Below the pieces are notes generated by a model. The model was not told the origin of the DNA, searched no databases, and saw nothing but the letters and a program-made list of their open reading frames with translations. Shown piece after piece: positions 29,804-39,934 of a DNA stretch of 64,000 nucleotides (positions are counted from its first letter, which is position 1; each line of letters opens with the position of its first letter). Both the position numbers and the translations under genes were made by a program. Origin of the DNA: Alphaproteobacteria bacterium. GTDB lineage: Bacteria; Pseudomonadota; Alphaproteobacteria; GCA-2731375. The stretch spans positions 2,176,001 to 2,240,000 of the forward strand of contig CBDDPY010000002.1 in the NCBI GenBank assembly GCA_965232515.1, in the 5' to 3' direction.

Positions 29804-29883
29804 TAAGATAGGCGCTCGACTCACCGGCCATCTGACGCTCCCGCTTAGTCTCGTTGGAAATTGCCGGTGTTGCCCGGACCTGA

Positions 29884-29903
29884 TAATTTGTCCGGACAAA
29901 TTA
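29884..29903. promoter_or_regulatory. Palindromic operator 1 (putative GntR/HutC-type)
   Basis: TAATTTGTCCGGACAAATTA, a perfect 20-bp palindrome between divergent genes. Confidence 0.8.
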
Positions 29904-29968
29904 GAATTGCCGCGATGGGGCGTCAAGGCGACCGCCGACGTCGACATCCCGATTGGAAGCAGAGTGCC

Positions 29969-30754
29969 ATGTCCGACGAACCGATCTATCTGAACCGCCG
30001 CGGCGACATCGCCGAGATGATCCTGAACCGGCCCGAGAAGCGCAATGCCATGAACCTGGGCGTCTGGCAGGCGATCCCGCGGCTGATCGGCGAGGTCGCG
30101 GCCGATCCCGCCATCAAGGTGCTGATCCTGCGCGGCGGCACGCCGGAAGCCTTTTCGGCCGGCGCCGATATCGGCGAGTTCAAGACCGTGCACGCGTCGG
30201 CCGATAGCGCCCGCGATTACCACGCCCAGGTCCACGACGCCTATGACGCCATTGCCAACCTCAACAAGCCGACCATCGCCATGGTCCAGGGCGTCTGTTA
30301 TGGCGGCGGCTGCGCGGTGGCGCTGAAATGCGACCTGCGCTACGGCGACCTGACGGCGAAGTTCTGCATTCCGCCGGCGACGCTCGGCCTTGCCTATTCG
30401 CTGCGCGAGACCAAGAGCCTGTCGGACCTGGTCGGCCCATCGAAGGCGAAGGAAATGCTGATGGGCGCGCGCGTCATCGAGGCGCAGGAGGCCGAGATCA
30501 TCGGCCTCGCCACCCGCATCTTCCCGGCCGACGACCTGGAGCGCGAGACCTTTGCCTTCGCCGAGCGCCTCTGCGGCCTGTCGCAATACTCGATCCGGGC
30601 GGTGAAGCAGAATGTCGGCGAGATCCTGGACGGCGCCACCGACGAGACCGACAACAGCCGCGCGCTCGCCATGGGCGCCTTCGAGAACCCGGACTATGTC
30701 GAAGGCCGCGACGCCTTCCTGCAAAAGCGCAAGGCGGCGTTTACGTATCGGTAG
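29969..30754 (+). CDS. Enoyl-CoA hydratase/isomerase family protein
   Basis: LNRPEKRNAM, AFSAGADI, CYGGG and EGRDAFLQKRKA. Confidence 0.92.
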   Translation: MSDEPIYLNRRGDIAEMILNRPEKRNAMNLGVWQAIPRLIGEVAADPAIKVLILRGGTPEAFSAGADIGEFKTVHASADSARDYHAQVHDAYDAIANLNKPTIAMVQGVCYGGGCAVALKCDLRYGDLTAKFCIPPATLGLAYSLRETKSLSDLVGPSKAKEMLMGARVIEAQEAEIIGLATRIFPADDLERETFAFAERLCGLSQYSIRAVKQNVGEILDGATDETDNSRALAMGAFENPDYVEGRDAFLQKRKAAFTYR

Positions 30755-30805
30755 CAGACGACTTCACGCGCCATCTCGTCGCGGACAGGCCTCGCTCTGC
30801 TGCCC

Positions 30806-30896
30806 TGGATGCCCGCGTCAAGCGCGGGCATGACAAATTAAGCGTTGATTCTCATACACATTCGTCATTGCCGGGCTTGACCCGGCAATGACGAAT
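30806..30896. repeat. Pair of alphaproteobacterial REP-like palindromes
   Basis: TGGATGCCCGCGTCAAGCGCGGGCATGAC (30806-30834) and ATTCGTCATTGCCGGGCTTGACCCGGCAATGACGAAT (30860-30896), between convergent genes. Confidence 0.75.
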
Positions 30897-30918
30897 CGCA
30901 AGCGTTCGTCGACTGTGC

Positions 30919-32304
30919 TCAGAAACCGTCCGCCGGCAGCCGTGGCAGGTGATAGCCACAGGCGGCTTCGAAAGCCACGGCGGCGCCGAGCACTTGCCGC
31001 TCGCTGAAGGGCGGGCCGATGAGTTGCAAGCCGAGGGGTAAACCGCTCTCCGAGACGCCGCAGGGCACGCTGACGGCGGGGCAGCCGGCGAAGTTGGCTG
31101 GCGCCGTCAGGTCGGCCTGATTGGCGGGTGCAGCTTGCTCGAACGGAAAGGCCGTTTGCGGCGTGGTCGGCGCGGCGATGACATCCACATCCTCGAAGGC
31201 TCGGCGAAGTGCGAAGCCGGCGTGCTGCACGGCGCGTTCGGCCTTGATCAGTCGGTCGCCCTTGACGTCCCGGCCATAGGCCAGCATTGACCGGAAGGTG
31301 TCCGAGAACGCAGCCGGATGATCGTTGAGGTCCTGTTCGTGGAACACGGCCGCCTCGGCCTCGCTGACCAGCAGGCCGGCGCGCCGCGCCACCGACGGGT
31401 CGTAGTCCGGCAACGTCAGCCGTTGCTCCTGCGCGCCCATGGATTCCAGTTGCGCCAGCGCCGCCTGGAATCCATGCAGCACGTCGGCCGAGATCTCGAC
31501 CGTGTCGAAGTTCGCGATCACGCCGACGCGGACATCGGCGAGATTATGCGGCGCCGGCGGCGCGTAGCTGCTGTCGTCGGGCGCCGCCACCGACTCCATG
31601 CTGCCGGGATCATGACCGGCCATGGCGTCGAGCATCAGGCCGAGATCGGCGACCGAGCGGCAAAGCGGGCCGACATGATCGAGCCGCCAGCTCAATGCCG
31701 CGACGCCGCGGGTGCTGACCAGGCCGAAGGTCGGCTTCAGGCCGGCGACGCCGCAATAGGCCGCCGGCAGCCGCACCGAGCCCATGGTGTCCGTGCCGAG
31801 CGCCGCGGCGCAGAGCCGCGCGGCGACGGCGGCGCCCGAACCGCCCGACGAGCCGCCCGGCGTGACGCCGCGGGCCCAGGGATTCTGCGTGCGGCCGTGA
31901 TGTTCGTTGTCGGTGGTGGCGCCGAGCGCACCCTCGTGCATGTTCAGCTTGCCGAGGATGACGGCGCCGGCGGCGCGCAGCCATTGAACCACCGGGGCGT
32001 CCGCTTCCGGGGCCGGCCGGTTGCGCGGTCCCATGCCGTTGGTCGTCGCGACGCCGGCGACGTCGATATTGTCCTTGAGCGCGATTGGCACGCCGTCGAG
32101 CGGACCGAGGCGCGCCGCCCGCGCGTCCGACTCGTCGGCCTGCGCCAATGCCGTCTCGGCCGTCACCGTGATGTAGGCGTTTACGTCGCCGTCGATGGCG
32201 GCGATGCGGTCGAGGTAGGCCTGCGTCAGGGCGCGCGAGGTGATGTCGCCGGCGGCGAGCGCCGCCGCCGCCTCTCGGACGGTCAGGTCGGTCGGCTCGG
32301 TCAT
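30919..32304 (-). CDS. Amidase signature family enzyme
   Basis: GVPIALKDNI, GGSSGGS and GTDTMGSVRLPA. Confidence 0.92.
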   Translation of the reverse strand: MTEPTDLTVREAAAALAAGDITSRALTQAYLDRIAAIDGDVNAYITVTAETALAQADESDARAARLGPLDGVPIALKDNIDVAGVATTNGMGPRNRPAPEADAPVVQWLRAAGAVILGKLNMHEGALGATTDNEHHGRTQNPWARGVTPGGSSGGSGAAVAARLCAAALGTDTMGSVRLPAAYCGVAGLKPTFGLVSTRGVAALSWRLDHVGPLCRSVADLGLMLDAMAGHDPGSMESVAAPDDSSYAPPAPHNLADVRVGVIANFDTVEISADVLHGFQAALAQLESMGAQEQRLTLPDYDPSVARRAGLLVSEAEAAVFHEQDLNDHPAAFSDTFRSMLAYGRDVKGDRLIKAERAVQHAGFALRRAFEDVDVIAAPTTPQTAFPFEQAAPANQADLTAPANFAGCPAVSVPCGVSESGLPLGLQLIGPPFSERQVLGAAVAFEAACGYHLPRLPADGF

Positions 32305-33692
32305 GTGAAGCGGTTGTCGATCAGGCGGATCGGTTTCTGCCGCTGCTCGATCTGTGTCAGCGCCGCCGTCCCACCGGGGCCGACCAGCTCGACGCCCACT
32401 TCGATGCCGATCCGCTGGCGCAGCAGGGCCGACAGCGATGCGAGCACGCCGTCATCGCCGACCGCCTGCTCGGTGACCTCGGCAACGACCGTCATCTCGT
32501 CGCGGTCGCCGTCGCGCTCGACGCGGCAGACATACTCGCCGGTCGCGGCCGGGTGCTCGTCCAGATGCGCGCCGATGGAGGTCGGGTAGATGTTGATGCC
32601 GCGCAGCTTGACCATGTTGTCGCTGCGGCCCTGGAAGCCGGCGATGCGGCGGAAGCCCAGTCCCAGCGACGACGGCGTCGTCAGCACGGCGGAGACATCG
32701 TTGGTGTTGAAACGGACGATCGGATAGACCGTGTCCTTGAACAGCACGGTGTCGCACATGTTGCCGGCCTCGCCGTCGGCCAGCACGGCGTGGCTGTCGG
32801 GGTGGATCACCTCCAGATAGTGCGCGTCCTCCCAGACGTAGAGGCCGTCCTGGTCGGGACCCTCGACGGCGATGGTGCCAGTGTCGCCGACGCCGTACCA
32901 GTCGTAGATCTCGACGCCGCCCCAGGTCCCGGACATGGTCGACCGGCTCTCCTGGCCCAGATGGCCGCTGATCATGCGCAAGGGGATGTCGCGGCCCGGC
33001 TCGATGCCGTTCTCGCGCGCGACTTCGGCCAGCTTCTTGATGTAGTCGGCGAAGCCGACCAGCACCGTGACGCCGAACAGCCGCATCAGCTCGACCTGCT
33101 GGGCCGAGCGGGTCTCGAGCCCGGTGCCGGCCGACAGGAACAACGCCTTGGTGTAGCGCAGCACCGACTCGCGCACATAGTGGCCGCCGTTGACCATGCC
33201 GAAGCCGTAAACCGAGTGCACGACGTCGTCGGGGCGCAGGCCCTGGAACAGGTAGGCGCGGGCCAGCAAACGGTTCTGCACCTCACGATCCCAGGCGCCA
33301 AAGAACAGCGGCTGCGGCGTGCCCGTGGTGCCGCTGGTGGTGTGGAACACGACGTTGCGCCTGTTATCGCCGGCGGTCATGTCGAGGCCGTGATAGTCGC
33401 CGAACGGCGGATGCTCCTCGACGCTGCGCATCAGGTCCGACTTCGAGAACGGCGGCAGCTTGGCGATATCGTCGAGCCCCTTGATGTCGCCGGGCTCGAT
33501 GCCCTTGGCGCCCCAGTGCCGCTGGTAGAACGGCACCTGCCACGCGCGCTGCATGACGGCGCGGAAGCGTTGCTCCTGCAGGTCGCGTAACGCGTCACGG
33601 CTCAGTTTCGCCGGCCCATTCAGAAAGGCGTCGCCGACGGGATAGTCGCCGCGCAGCCGCGAAGGATCGGCCTCGTCGAAATAGTCGCTCAT
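32301..33692 (-). CDS. Phenylacetate-CoA ligase-like acyl-CoA ligase
   Basis: TTSGTTGTP, PIVRFNTND and GRSDNMVKLRGINIYP. Confidence 0.88.
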   Translation of the reverse strand: MSDYFDEADPSRLRGDYPVGDAFLNGPAKLSRDALRDLQEQRFRAVMQRAWQVPFYQRHWGAKGIEPGDIKGLDDIAKLPPFSKSDLMRSVEEHPPFGDYHGLDMTAGDNRRNVVFHTTSGTTGTPQPLFFGAWDREVQNRLLARAYLFQGLRPDDVVHSVYGFGMVNGGHYVRESVLRYTKALFLSAGTGLETRSAQQVELMRLFGVTVLVGFADYIKKLAEVARENGIEPGRDIPLRMISGHLGQESRSTMSGTWGGVEIYDWYGVGDTGTIAVEGPDQDGLYVWEDAHYLEVIHPDSHAVLADGEAGNMCDTVLFKDTVYPIVRFNTNDVSAVLTTPSSLGLGFRRIAGFQGRSDNMVKLRGINIYPTSIGAHLDEHPAATGEYVCRVERDGDRDEMTVVAEVTEQAVGDDGVLASLSALLRQRIGIEVGVELVGPGGTAALTQIEQRQKPIRLIDNRFT

Positions 33693-35053
33693 GCCGTCGC
33701 CACCGCCAGGTCGACCAACCGCGAGACGTCATCAACCGCTTCCAAATCGTCGACCAGCGCGATCATGCGCTCGACGGCAGCGTCCGCCAGCGGCGTTGCG
33801 CCGGCGCGGCAGTTGATGCGGAACTTGTCGAGATGCGCCTCGCGCGTCATCGGCTTCGCCGGATTGCCGTAGACCACATCGAGCGTGATGTCATGCTTGA
33901 CGCCGTCGCGCAGCGCCACCTCGACGCTGACTGGCGTCAGCGCGTTGTCGTCCGGATTGTCGTCGGCGATCACCTCGATCCGCCGACCCAGCGCCAGGCG
34001 TTCGGGATCGCGAATGGCCTCGGGCCGGAAGTCCTCGACGCCGACGGTGCCGCGCAGCAGCGCAACCGCCATCACGTACGGCGCGCTGAGGCGGGCGTAG
34101 TTCACGGCCATCTCGTCCTTGATCGGCCGGCCGACCAGGCGGTGTGTCAGCGGCGGCACGCGCGCTTCGATACGCTCGACATCGACGGCCGCGAAGCCAT
34201 GGGCGCGCTGCAGTTCCAACACGCCGTCGATGACACCGTGCGTCGCCCGGCCGCTCGGGAACGGCTTGTGCGCCACTTCCGCGATGCGCCAGACCTTACC
34301 CAGGTTCGGCAGGATGTCGCTCAGGTCGTAGTCGCCCTCGAACAGCGGATAGAAGCCGAACGGACCTTCCAGGATGTTCTGCGGCCCGACGAGACCCTGC
34401 GCGGCCATGTCGCAGGCGTAGATGGCGTTGCGCGCGTTGAAGCCGATCTGCATGCCGAGCAGCATCGAGCCCTCGGTATGCGCCTGCATGGTGCCGCAGC
34501 TCTGCGAATAGGTGACGCCGAAGGCGTTGACGAGCGTCGCCGCGTCGAAGCCCATCAGCTTGCCGATGGCGGCCGTGGCCGCAAAGCCGCCGGCCGTCGC
34601 CGGCCGGAAGAACTTGAGGCCGGCACGTGAGCCGACGCCGATATGACAGGCGACGTCGACGCCCAGCGCCAGCGCCGCGATCAACGCCTTGCCATCGACG
34701 CCACCGACGCGCTCGACATGCGCCATGGTCGCCGACAGCAGCACGGCCATGGGGTGGACCACGGCCTGCTCGTGCACGCAGTCGAACTCGGAATTGTGGA
34801 TCTGATAGGCGTTGCACATGGCGGCCGCCGGGGCCGGCAGGCGAGTGCCGCGCACCCAGACGCGCGCCTGCTCGCCGGCGCCCCAACCGCCCTGGCAGGC
34901 GACCAGTTCGCCCACCCAGGGCCCGGCGCTGCCGGCGATGCCAACGCCAAGGCTGTCCAGGAGAAAGGTCTTCGTCGCTTGGACGGCGTCGGCCGGCAGA
35001 TCGTCGTAGCCTGTGGCGGCGACATGTTCGGCGAACTTGACGATGGCATCCAT
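33689..35053 (-). CDS. MmgE/PrpD family protein
   Basis: LDSLGVGIAGS, EFDCVH..AVVHP and HKPFPSGRATH. Confidence 0.88.
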   Translation of the reverse strand: MDAIVKFAEHVAATGYDDLPADAVQATKTFLLDSLGVGIAGSAGPWVGELVACQGGWGAGEQARVWVRGTRLPAPAAAMCNAYQIHNSEFDCVHEQAVVHPMAVLLSATMAHVERVGGVDGKALIAALALGVDVACHIGVGSRAGLKFFRPATAGGFAATAAIGKLMGFDAATLVNAFGVTYSQSCGTMQAHTEGSMLLGMQIGFNARNAIYACDMAAQGLVGPQNILEGPFGFYPLFEGDYDLSDILPNLGKVWRIAEVAHKPFPSGRATHGVIDGVLELQRAHGFAAVDVERIEARVPPLTHRLVGRPIKDEMAVNYARLSAPYVMAVALLRGTVGVEDFRPEAIRDPERLALGRRIEVIADDNPDDNALTPVSVEVALRDGVKHDITLDVVYGNPAKPMTREAHLDKFRINCRAGATPLADAAVERMIALVDDLEAVDDVSRLVDLAVATA

Positions 35054-35066
35054 GGCGGCGTTCCGT

Positions 35067-36425
35067 TCAGGGCAGCAGGTTGACGACATCGTCAATGGCG
35101 CCGCCAGACGGCAGGGCGTCGACGGCGGCGATGATCGCTTCGATGCGGTCGGCGGCGAGACCGGCGGCCCGCATCAGCATGCGGGCCTTGTCCTGCACGG
35201 CCGCCGGCGAAATCGGATTGTCGGGATCGCCGAGGGCGTCGGGCGCATCCGACGTCAGCTCCCGACCGTCGGCGAGACGCACGGTGAGGCCGGCGCCATA
35301 GCGCGCGGGATAGGCGCCGGCGAAGGGCTCGGCCGTTTCCAACCGCACCTTGTCGCGCAGGGCGGCGACATCGGGCCGCGCCAATGCCGGCGGCTCGAAC
35401 GCCTCCAGCGGCGGCGGGCCGTCCAGCAGGACGATGGCGGCGCAGTGCTGCAGGCTGAACTTGGCTTCAAGCACCGTCGTCGGTTCGGGGTTGTCGCAAT
35501 AAGAGACCGCGTCGCCGTAGCTGCGCACCGTGATCGCCTCGATCGCCGCGACATCGACACTGTCGCGCAAGGCGAGCGCCGCATCGATGGTCGGATGCGC
35601 GTGCCGGCAGGCTGGCCAGGGCTTGAAGCTGGTGTCGGTGATCAGCCAGGGCCCATCCGCGTCGGCCAGCACGGCCTCCGGCGTTGGGTCGGGACACATG
35701 GCGGCATAGAAGCCGAGCTCGCCGTCCAGGATCTGTCTCGGCGCAGTGAAGCCGAGCGCCGCCAGGTCGGCGGCCGCCAGACCGGCCTGCGCCGCAGCCG
35801 CGGTGTGCAGCTGCTTGGACATGGCGCCTTCGAGGCGACACTGCCAGGGACCGCTCGCCTGCGTGCCGGCGTGGCCCAGCGCCATCACCGTGGCGGACCG
35901 GTCGAGACAGAGCAGCGACGCGGCGGCCGCCGCCGCCCCGAACGGCCCGCAGGTCGAGGTGTTGTGCCAATGCCGGTAGTGCCCCCGCCCGACCGAGCGC
36001 CCGACCCGGATCACCGCGTCGTAGCCGCGCACCACAGAGTCGAGGAAATCGTCCGGCGAAGCGTTCAGCCGCTGCGCCAGGGCCAGCGCCGCCGGCACAA
36101 CCACCGGCCCCGGATGCAGGATCGAGGTGCGGTGGATGTCATCCATCTCCAGCACGTTGCCGTAGGCGCCGTTGACGAAGGCCGCGCCGGCGGCATCGCG
36201 CCGACCGACCCCGATGGCGTGGCAGGGACCGCCGCCCAGATTCCGACCGTAGCGGGCGACGATTCGACCGGCCGGGCTCTCCGCGCCGAGGACAGCGCAT
36301 CCGATCCAGTCCAGCACATGCAGGGCCGCGCGGGCGCGGATCTCGGGCTCGACTGGGCGGGCAAGCAGATCCGCCAGCCCTTCGGTCAGGCTGAGCGCCT
36401 CGTTTCGGCTTGATTTTGGCGCCAT
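35067..36425 (-). CDS. MmgE/PrpD family protein
   Basis: LEMDDIHRTSILHPG, WHNTSTCG and FKPWPACRHAH. Confidence 0.88.
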   Translation of the reverse strand: MAPKSSRNEALSLTEGLADLLARPVEPEIRARAALHVLDWIGCAVLGAESPAGRIVARYGRNLGGGPCHAIGVGRRDAAGAAFVNGAYGNVLEMDDIHRTSILHPGPVVVPAALALAQRLNASPDDFLDSVVRGYDAVIRVGRSVGRGHYRHWHNTSTCGPFGAAAAAASLLCLDRSATVMALGHAGTQASGPWQCRLEGAMSKQLHTAAAAQAGLAAADLAALGFTAPRQILDGELGFYAAMCPDPTPEAVLADADGPWLITDTSFKPWPACRHAHPTIDAALALRDSVDVAAIEAITVRSYGDAVSYCDNPEPTTVLEAKFSLQHCAAIVLLDGPPPLEAFEPPALARPDVAALRDKVRLETAEPFAGAYPARYGAGLTVRLADGRELTSDAPDALGDPDNPISPAAVQDKARMLMRAAGLAADRIEAIIAAVDALPSGGAIDDVVNLLP

Positions 36426-36490
36426 TGCCGCGCTGGTTGACACCGGCCGCCGCCTCCCCGCTCGCCGTGATCGTTCCGGGACATCGGTTG

Positions 36491-36512
36491 AAAATTTGTC
36501 CGGACATATTTT
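36491..36512. promoter_or_regulatory. Palindromic operator 2
   Basis: AAAATTTGTCCGGACATATTTT (1 mismatch), between the divergent prpD-like and CoA-transferase genes. Confidence 0.78.
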
Positions 36513-36573
36513 AGCATGGCGCCGGGCCAGGACAACGCTAAGCTGGCCGCCGTCGGGGTATTCGGATGAATAG

Positions 36574-37863
36574 ATGACGCAGAAAATCAACGCTGACGAG
36601 TTCCCGGGTTTGTTGCGGCCCGGTATGACGGTTTTCGTCCAGGGCGCGACGGGCGAGCCGACGACGTTGATGGCCGCGCTGGCCGAGGCGCCCGAGGCCA
36701 GCAACGCCGTACATTACCTCGCCTGCCTGCTGCCCGGCGTCAATCGGATGGATCCGGCCAGTTTTCACCCCAACGCGCGATTGACGACCTTCTTCGTTTA
36801 TCCCGACATCGAAGCATCCTATGACGCCGGCAAGGTGCGCTTCCTGCCGCTGCACTATAGCGGCGTCTACGACTATCTTGCCCGGCAGGACCCGGTCGAC
36901 GCGGCGCTGATCCAGGTCGCGCCGCCCGACGCCGAGGGCAATTGCAGCCTGGGGCCGAGTGTTGATTTCGCGACCGCGCTGATCGGCAACGCCCGCCTGC
37001 TGGTCGCCGAGGTCAACCATGCCATGCCGTCGCCGCCGGGTGCACCGACCGTGCCCTATGCGCGCCTCGACTATGCCGTCGAAACCGACCGGCCGCTGAT
37101 CGCGCTCGAGACCGGCGAGGTCTCCGGCCCGGTGGAAGCTGTCGGCCGCCACGTCGCCGGATTGATCGAGGACGGCGACACCATTCAGATTGGCATCGGC
37201 AAGCTGCCGGCGGCGATCCTTTCGCAGCTGCACGACAAGCGGAACCTGGGCCTGCACGGCGGCATGATCGCCGACGAGGTGGCCGACCTGGTCGACGGCG
37301 GCAGCCTGACCGGCGCGGCGAAGACCATCGACACCGGGGTCATGGTCTGCGGCGCGGCGCTCGGCAGCCGGCGCCTCTACGACTGGGTGGCAAAGCGCGA
37401 CGATCTGCAGTTCCGGCCGGCGAGCTACACGCACAACGTCTCGGTGATCGCCGGGATCGACAACTTCGTCTCGATCAATTCGGTGCTGGAGCTGGACCTG
37501 ACGGGCCAAGCCAACGCCGAGACCGTTCGCGGCCGCCAGATCAGCGGCACGGGCGGCCTGGTCGATTTCGTGCGCGGCGCGCGCATGTCGAAGAACGGCC
37601 GCTCGATCCTGGCGCTGCTGTCGACCGCCGGCAACGGCAAAATCTCCCGCATCGAGCCGCAGCTGGGCGAAGCGGCCGTGGTGAGCTGCCTGCGGGCCGA
37701 TATCGATTATGTCGTCACGGAGCACGGCGTCGCCCACTTGCGGGACAAGTCGCTCGATGAACGCGCCGCGGCCCTGGTCGCGATCGCCGACCCGCGGTTC
37801 CGCAAGCGCCTGACCGCCGATTGGCAAAAGTTGCGCGGCCGACGGTTGCCGGCGGCGGACTGA
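36574..37863 (+). CDS. Acetyl-CoA hydrolase/transferase family (4-hydroxybutyrate CoA-transferase-like)
   Basis: DGDTIQIGIGKLP, DLTGQANAE, SGTGGLVDF and VVTEHG. Confidence 0.88.
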   Translation: MTQKINADEFPGLLRPGMTVFVQGATGEPTTLMAALAEAPEASNAVHYLACLLPGVNRMDPASFHPNARLTTFFVYPDIEASYDAGKVRFLPLHYSGVYDYLARQDPVDAALIQVAPPDAEGNCSLGPSVDFATALIGNARLLVAEVNHAMPSPPGAPTVPYARLDYAVETDRPLIALETGEVSGPVEAVGRHVAGLIEDGDTIQIGIGKLPAAILSQLHDKRNLGLHGGMIADEVADLVDGGSLTGAAKTIDTGVMVCGAALGSRRLYDWVAKRDDLQFRPASYTHNVSVIAGIDNFVSINSVLELDLTGQANAETVRGRQISGTGGLVDFVRGARMSKNGRSILALLSTAGNGKISRIEPQLGEAAVVSCLRADIDYVVTEHGVAHLRDKSLDERAAALVAIADPRFRKRLTADWQKLRGRRLPAAD

Positions 37864-37869
37864 CCGGCG

Positions 37870-38628
37870 ATGGCACAGACCGCCCGCAGTTCCAACCAGC
37901 CGCGCTACGTCGAGGTCGCGCGCCGGCTGCAGCAGGAGATCGCCGATGGCAAGCATCCCGTCGGGGCGTTGCTGCCGACCGAGACGGAGCTCTGCGAAAG
38001 CTTCGGCGTCAGCCGGTTCACGGTGCGCGAAGCCCTGCGCAGCCTGCGCGAGCTCGGCCTCGTTACGCGCCGACAGGGCTCGGGCACGCAGGTCATCGCG
38101 GCCGACAGCCAGAGCACGTTTTCGCAGTCGCTGGCCTCGATCACTGACGTTCTGCAATACGCCCGCGACACCTATCTGGAACTGGACGACGGGTCCCGGA
38201 CCACGGCCAAGGGCGAACTGGCGCGCCTGCTCGGCTGCGCCACCGGCCGGACCTGGCTGCGCTTCAGCGGCCTGCGCCGGTCCGGCGTCGACGGCGACCC
38301 GATCTGCCTGACCGACGTCTATATCGATCCCGATTTCGGCGGCGTCGCCTCCCGCATCGGCACGCAGTCCGGCGCTATCTACGAGCTGATCGAAGAGGAC
38401 TACGGCATCCGGTTTTCCGAGATCCTGCAGGAAATGTCGGCTGTCGTTCTCACCGACAGCCAAGCCGAGGCCCTGGACGCCGAGCCCGGTTCGCCCGCGC
38501 TTCGCATCGTCCGCCGCTATCTGGTCCCCGCCGGCAAGGCGCTTGAAGTCACGGTCAGCATCCACCCCGCCGACCGCTACAGCTACAGCATGCACATCCG
38601 CCGCGACAGCGGCGAGGGCCCGGCTTAG
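37870..38628 (+). CDS. GntR family regulator with UTRA domain (HutC subfamily)
   Basis: LPTETELCESFGVSRFTVREAL and RRQGSGT; UTRA-like C-terminus (PALRIVRRY...HPADRYSY). Confidence 0.9.
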   Translation: MAQTARSSNQPRYVEVARRLQQEIADGKHPVGALLPTETELCESFGVSRFTVREALRSLRELGLVTRRQGSGTQVIAADSQSTFSQSLASITDVLQYARDTYLELDDGSRTTAKGELARLLGCATGRTWLRFSGLRRSGVDGDPICLTDVYIDPDFGGVASRIGTQSGAIYELIEEDYGIRFSEILQEMSAVVLTDSQAEALDAEPGSPALRIVRRYLVPAGKALEVTVSIHPADRYSYSMHIRRDSGEGPA

Positions 38629-38637
38629 CCCACGGCG

Positions 38638-39798
38638 TCAGAAAACGCCGTCCCGTTTCATGCTCGCCACCTCTTCGGCGTCGTAGCCGAGCTGCCGCAG
38701 CACATCCTCTGTGTGCTGCCCACGGTCGGGAAGGTCGAAACTCACCTGCCCCGGCTCGTCGCGGTACTTCACTGGGATGCCGATATGTTCCCAGCCGCGC
38801 GCGTCCTCCAGCACCATCTCCCGCGCGCGGACCTGCGGATCGTCGAGACCTTCGCGCAAGGTCTTCACCGGCGCGAAGCACACATCCTTGCCCTCGAACC
38901 AGTCGACCCATTCGGCCTGGGTCTTGGTGCGAAAGGTCTCGTCGAAAAATGCCTTCACCGGGTCCTGCCCCGGGCCCGGCGGCAGGGCGCAGAGCTCGAC
39001 CAGATCGGGCCGACCCAGCGCGGTCAGCAGATTGTGCGCGAACTTGATCTCGGAACCGCCCAGCACGATCCACTTCGCATCCTTGGTTTCATACAGGCGA
39101 TACATGGCGTTGCCGCCCCAGGAACGCTCGTCCTTCGGCACCGGCGCGCGTTTCTCGGCCATGGGCGGGCCGTAATTGTTCGGCATGCAGGCCAACAGCG
39201 AATCCATCATGGCGACGTCGATGTAATCGCCCCTGCCGGTCTGCTGCCGTCGCAACAGCGCCATCAGCACGCCGCTCAGCGCAATGGTCGATGACAGCAT
39301 GTCGGCGTTGGCGATCGCCGGCAGCCATGGTTTGTCGTCCTGACCCAGATTGACACTGAGGATTCCCGCCATGGCCTCGGTCGCGGCGTCGTGCGCCGGC
39401 TTCTGCACATAGGGTCCGGTCTGGCCGAAGGCCGAGATCGAGGCATAGACAATGTGCGGCGCCCGTACGGAAACGGCGTCATAGCCGACGCCAAGCCGGT
39501 CGACGACGCCCGGCCGGAACGCCTCGATCATCACATCGCAGGTCTCGGCCAGGCGCAGCAACGCTTCGCGGCCCGCATCCGTCTTCAAATTCAGGCTGAT
39601 GCTCTTCTTGCCACGGTGGGTGTTCGCGAAGAAGACGCTGACACCGTCGCGTGTCAGGCCGATCTCGCGATTCGGCTCGCCGTGCGGCAACGGCTCCAAT
39701 TTGATCACCTCGGCGCCGTGATCGGCCATCATTTGCGTCAGCAGCGGGCCCGGCAGGAAAAGCGACAGATCGAGAACGCGAATGCCGTCAAGTTTCAA
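38638..39798 (-). CDS. CaiB/BaiF class III CoA-transferase
   Basis: LDGIRVLDLS.FLPGP, GAEVIKLE, RGKKSISLNLK and FRPGV. Confidence 0.92.
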   Translation of the reverse strand: MKLDGIRVLDLSLFLPGPLLTQMMADHGAEVIKLEPLPHGEPNREIGLTRDGVSVFFANTHRGKKSISLNLKTDAGREALLRLAETCDVMIEAFRPGVVDRLGVGYDAVSVRAPHIVYASISAFGQTGPYVQKPAHDAATEAMAGILSVNLGQDDKPWLPAIANADMLSSTIALSGVLMALLRRQQTGRGDYIDVAMMDSLLACMPNNYGPPMAEKRAPVPKDERSWGGNAMYRLYETKDAKWIVLGGSEIKFAHNLLTALGRPDLVELCALPPGPGQDPVKAFFDETFRTKTQAEWVDWFEGKDVCFAPVKTLREGLDDPQVRAREMVLEDARGWEHIGIPVKYRDEPGQVSFDLPDRGQHTEDVLRQLGYDAEEVASMKRDGVF

Positions 39799-39934
39799 GA
39801 GTCAGCCCTCCGATAAGACCGAAAGCGGTTATGTGATTCGCGTCCGTCCGTTTGGAAAAAAATCAAGATATAGTATGCTGAACTGATTCGTATCGTAGGT
39901 TCTGTATCTTGTTGCATCGGACCGTGCTCTTGGC

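Noticed and set aside
29559-29993. Short ORFs 29559-29831, 29629-29811 and 29796-29993
   Set aside because: They are by-products of the MITE sequence. Only the first ~9 codons from 29831 look like native coding sequence.
30919-32304. Possible gatA
   Set aside because: There are no gatB/gatC neighbours and the gene lies in a catabolic operon, so it is called a generic amidase.
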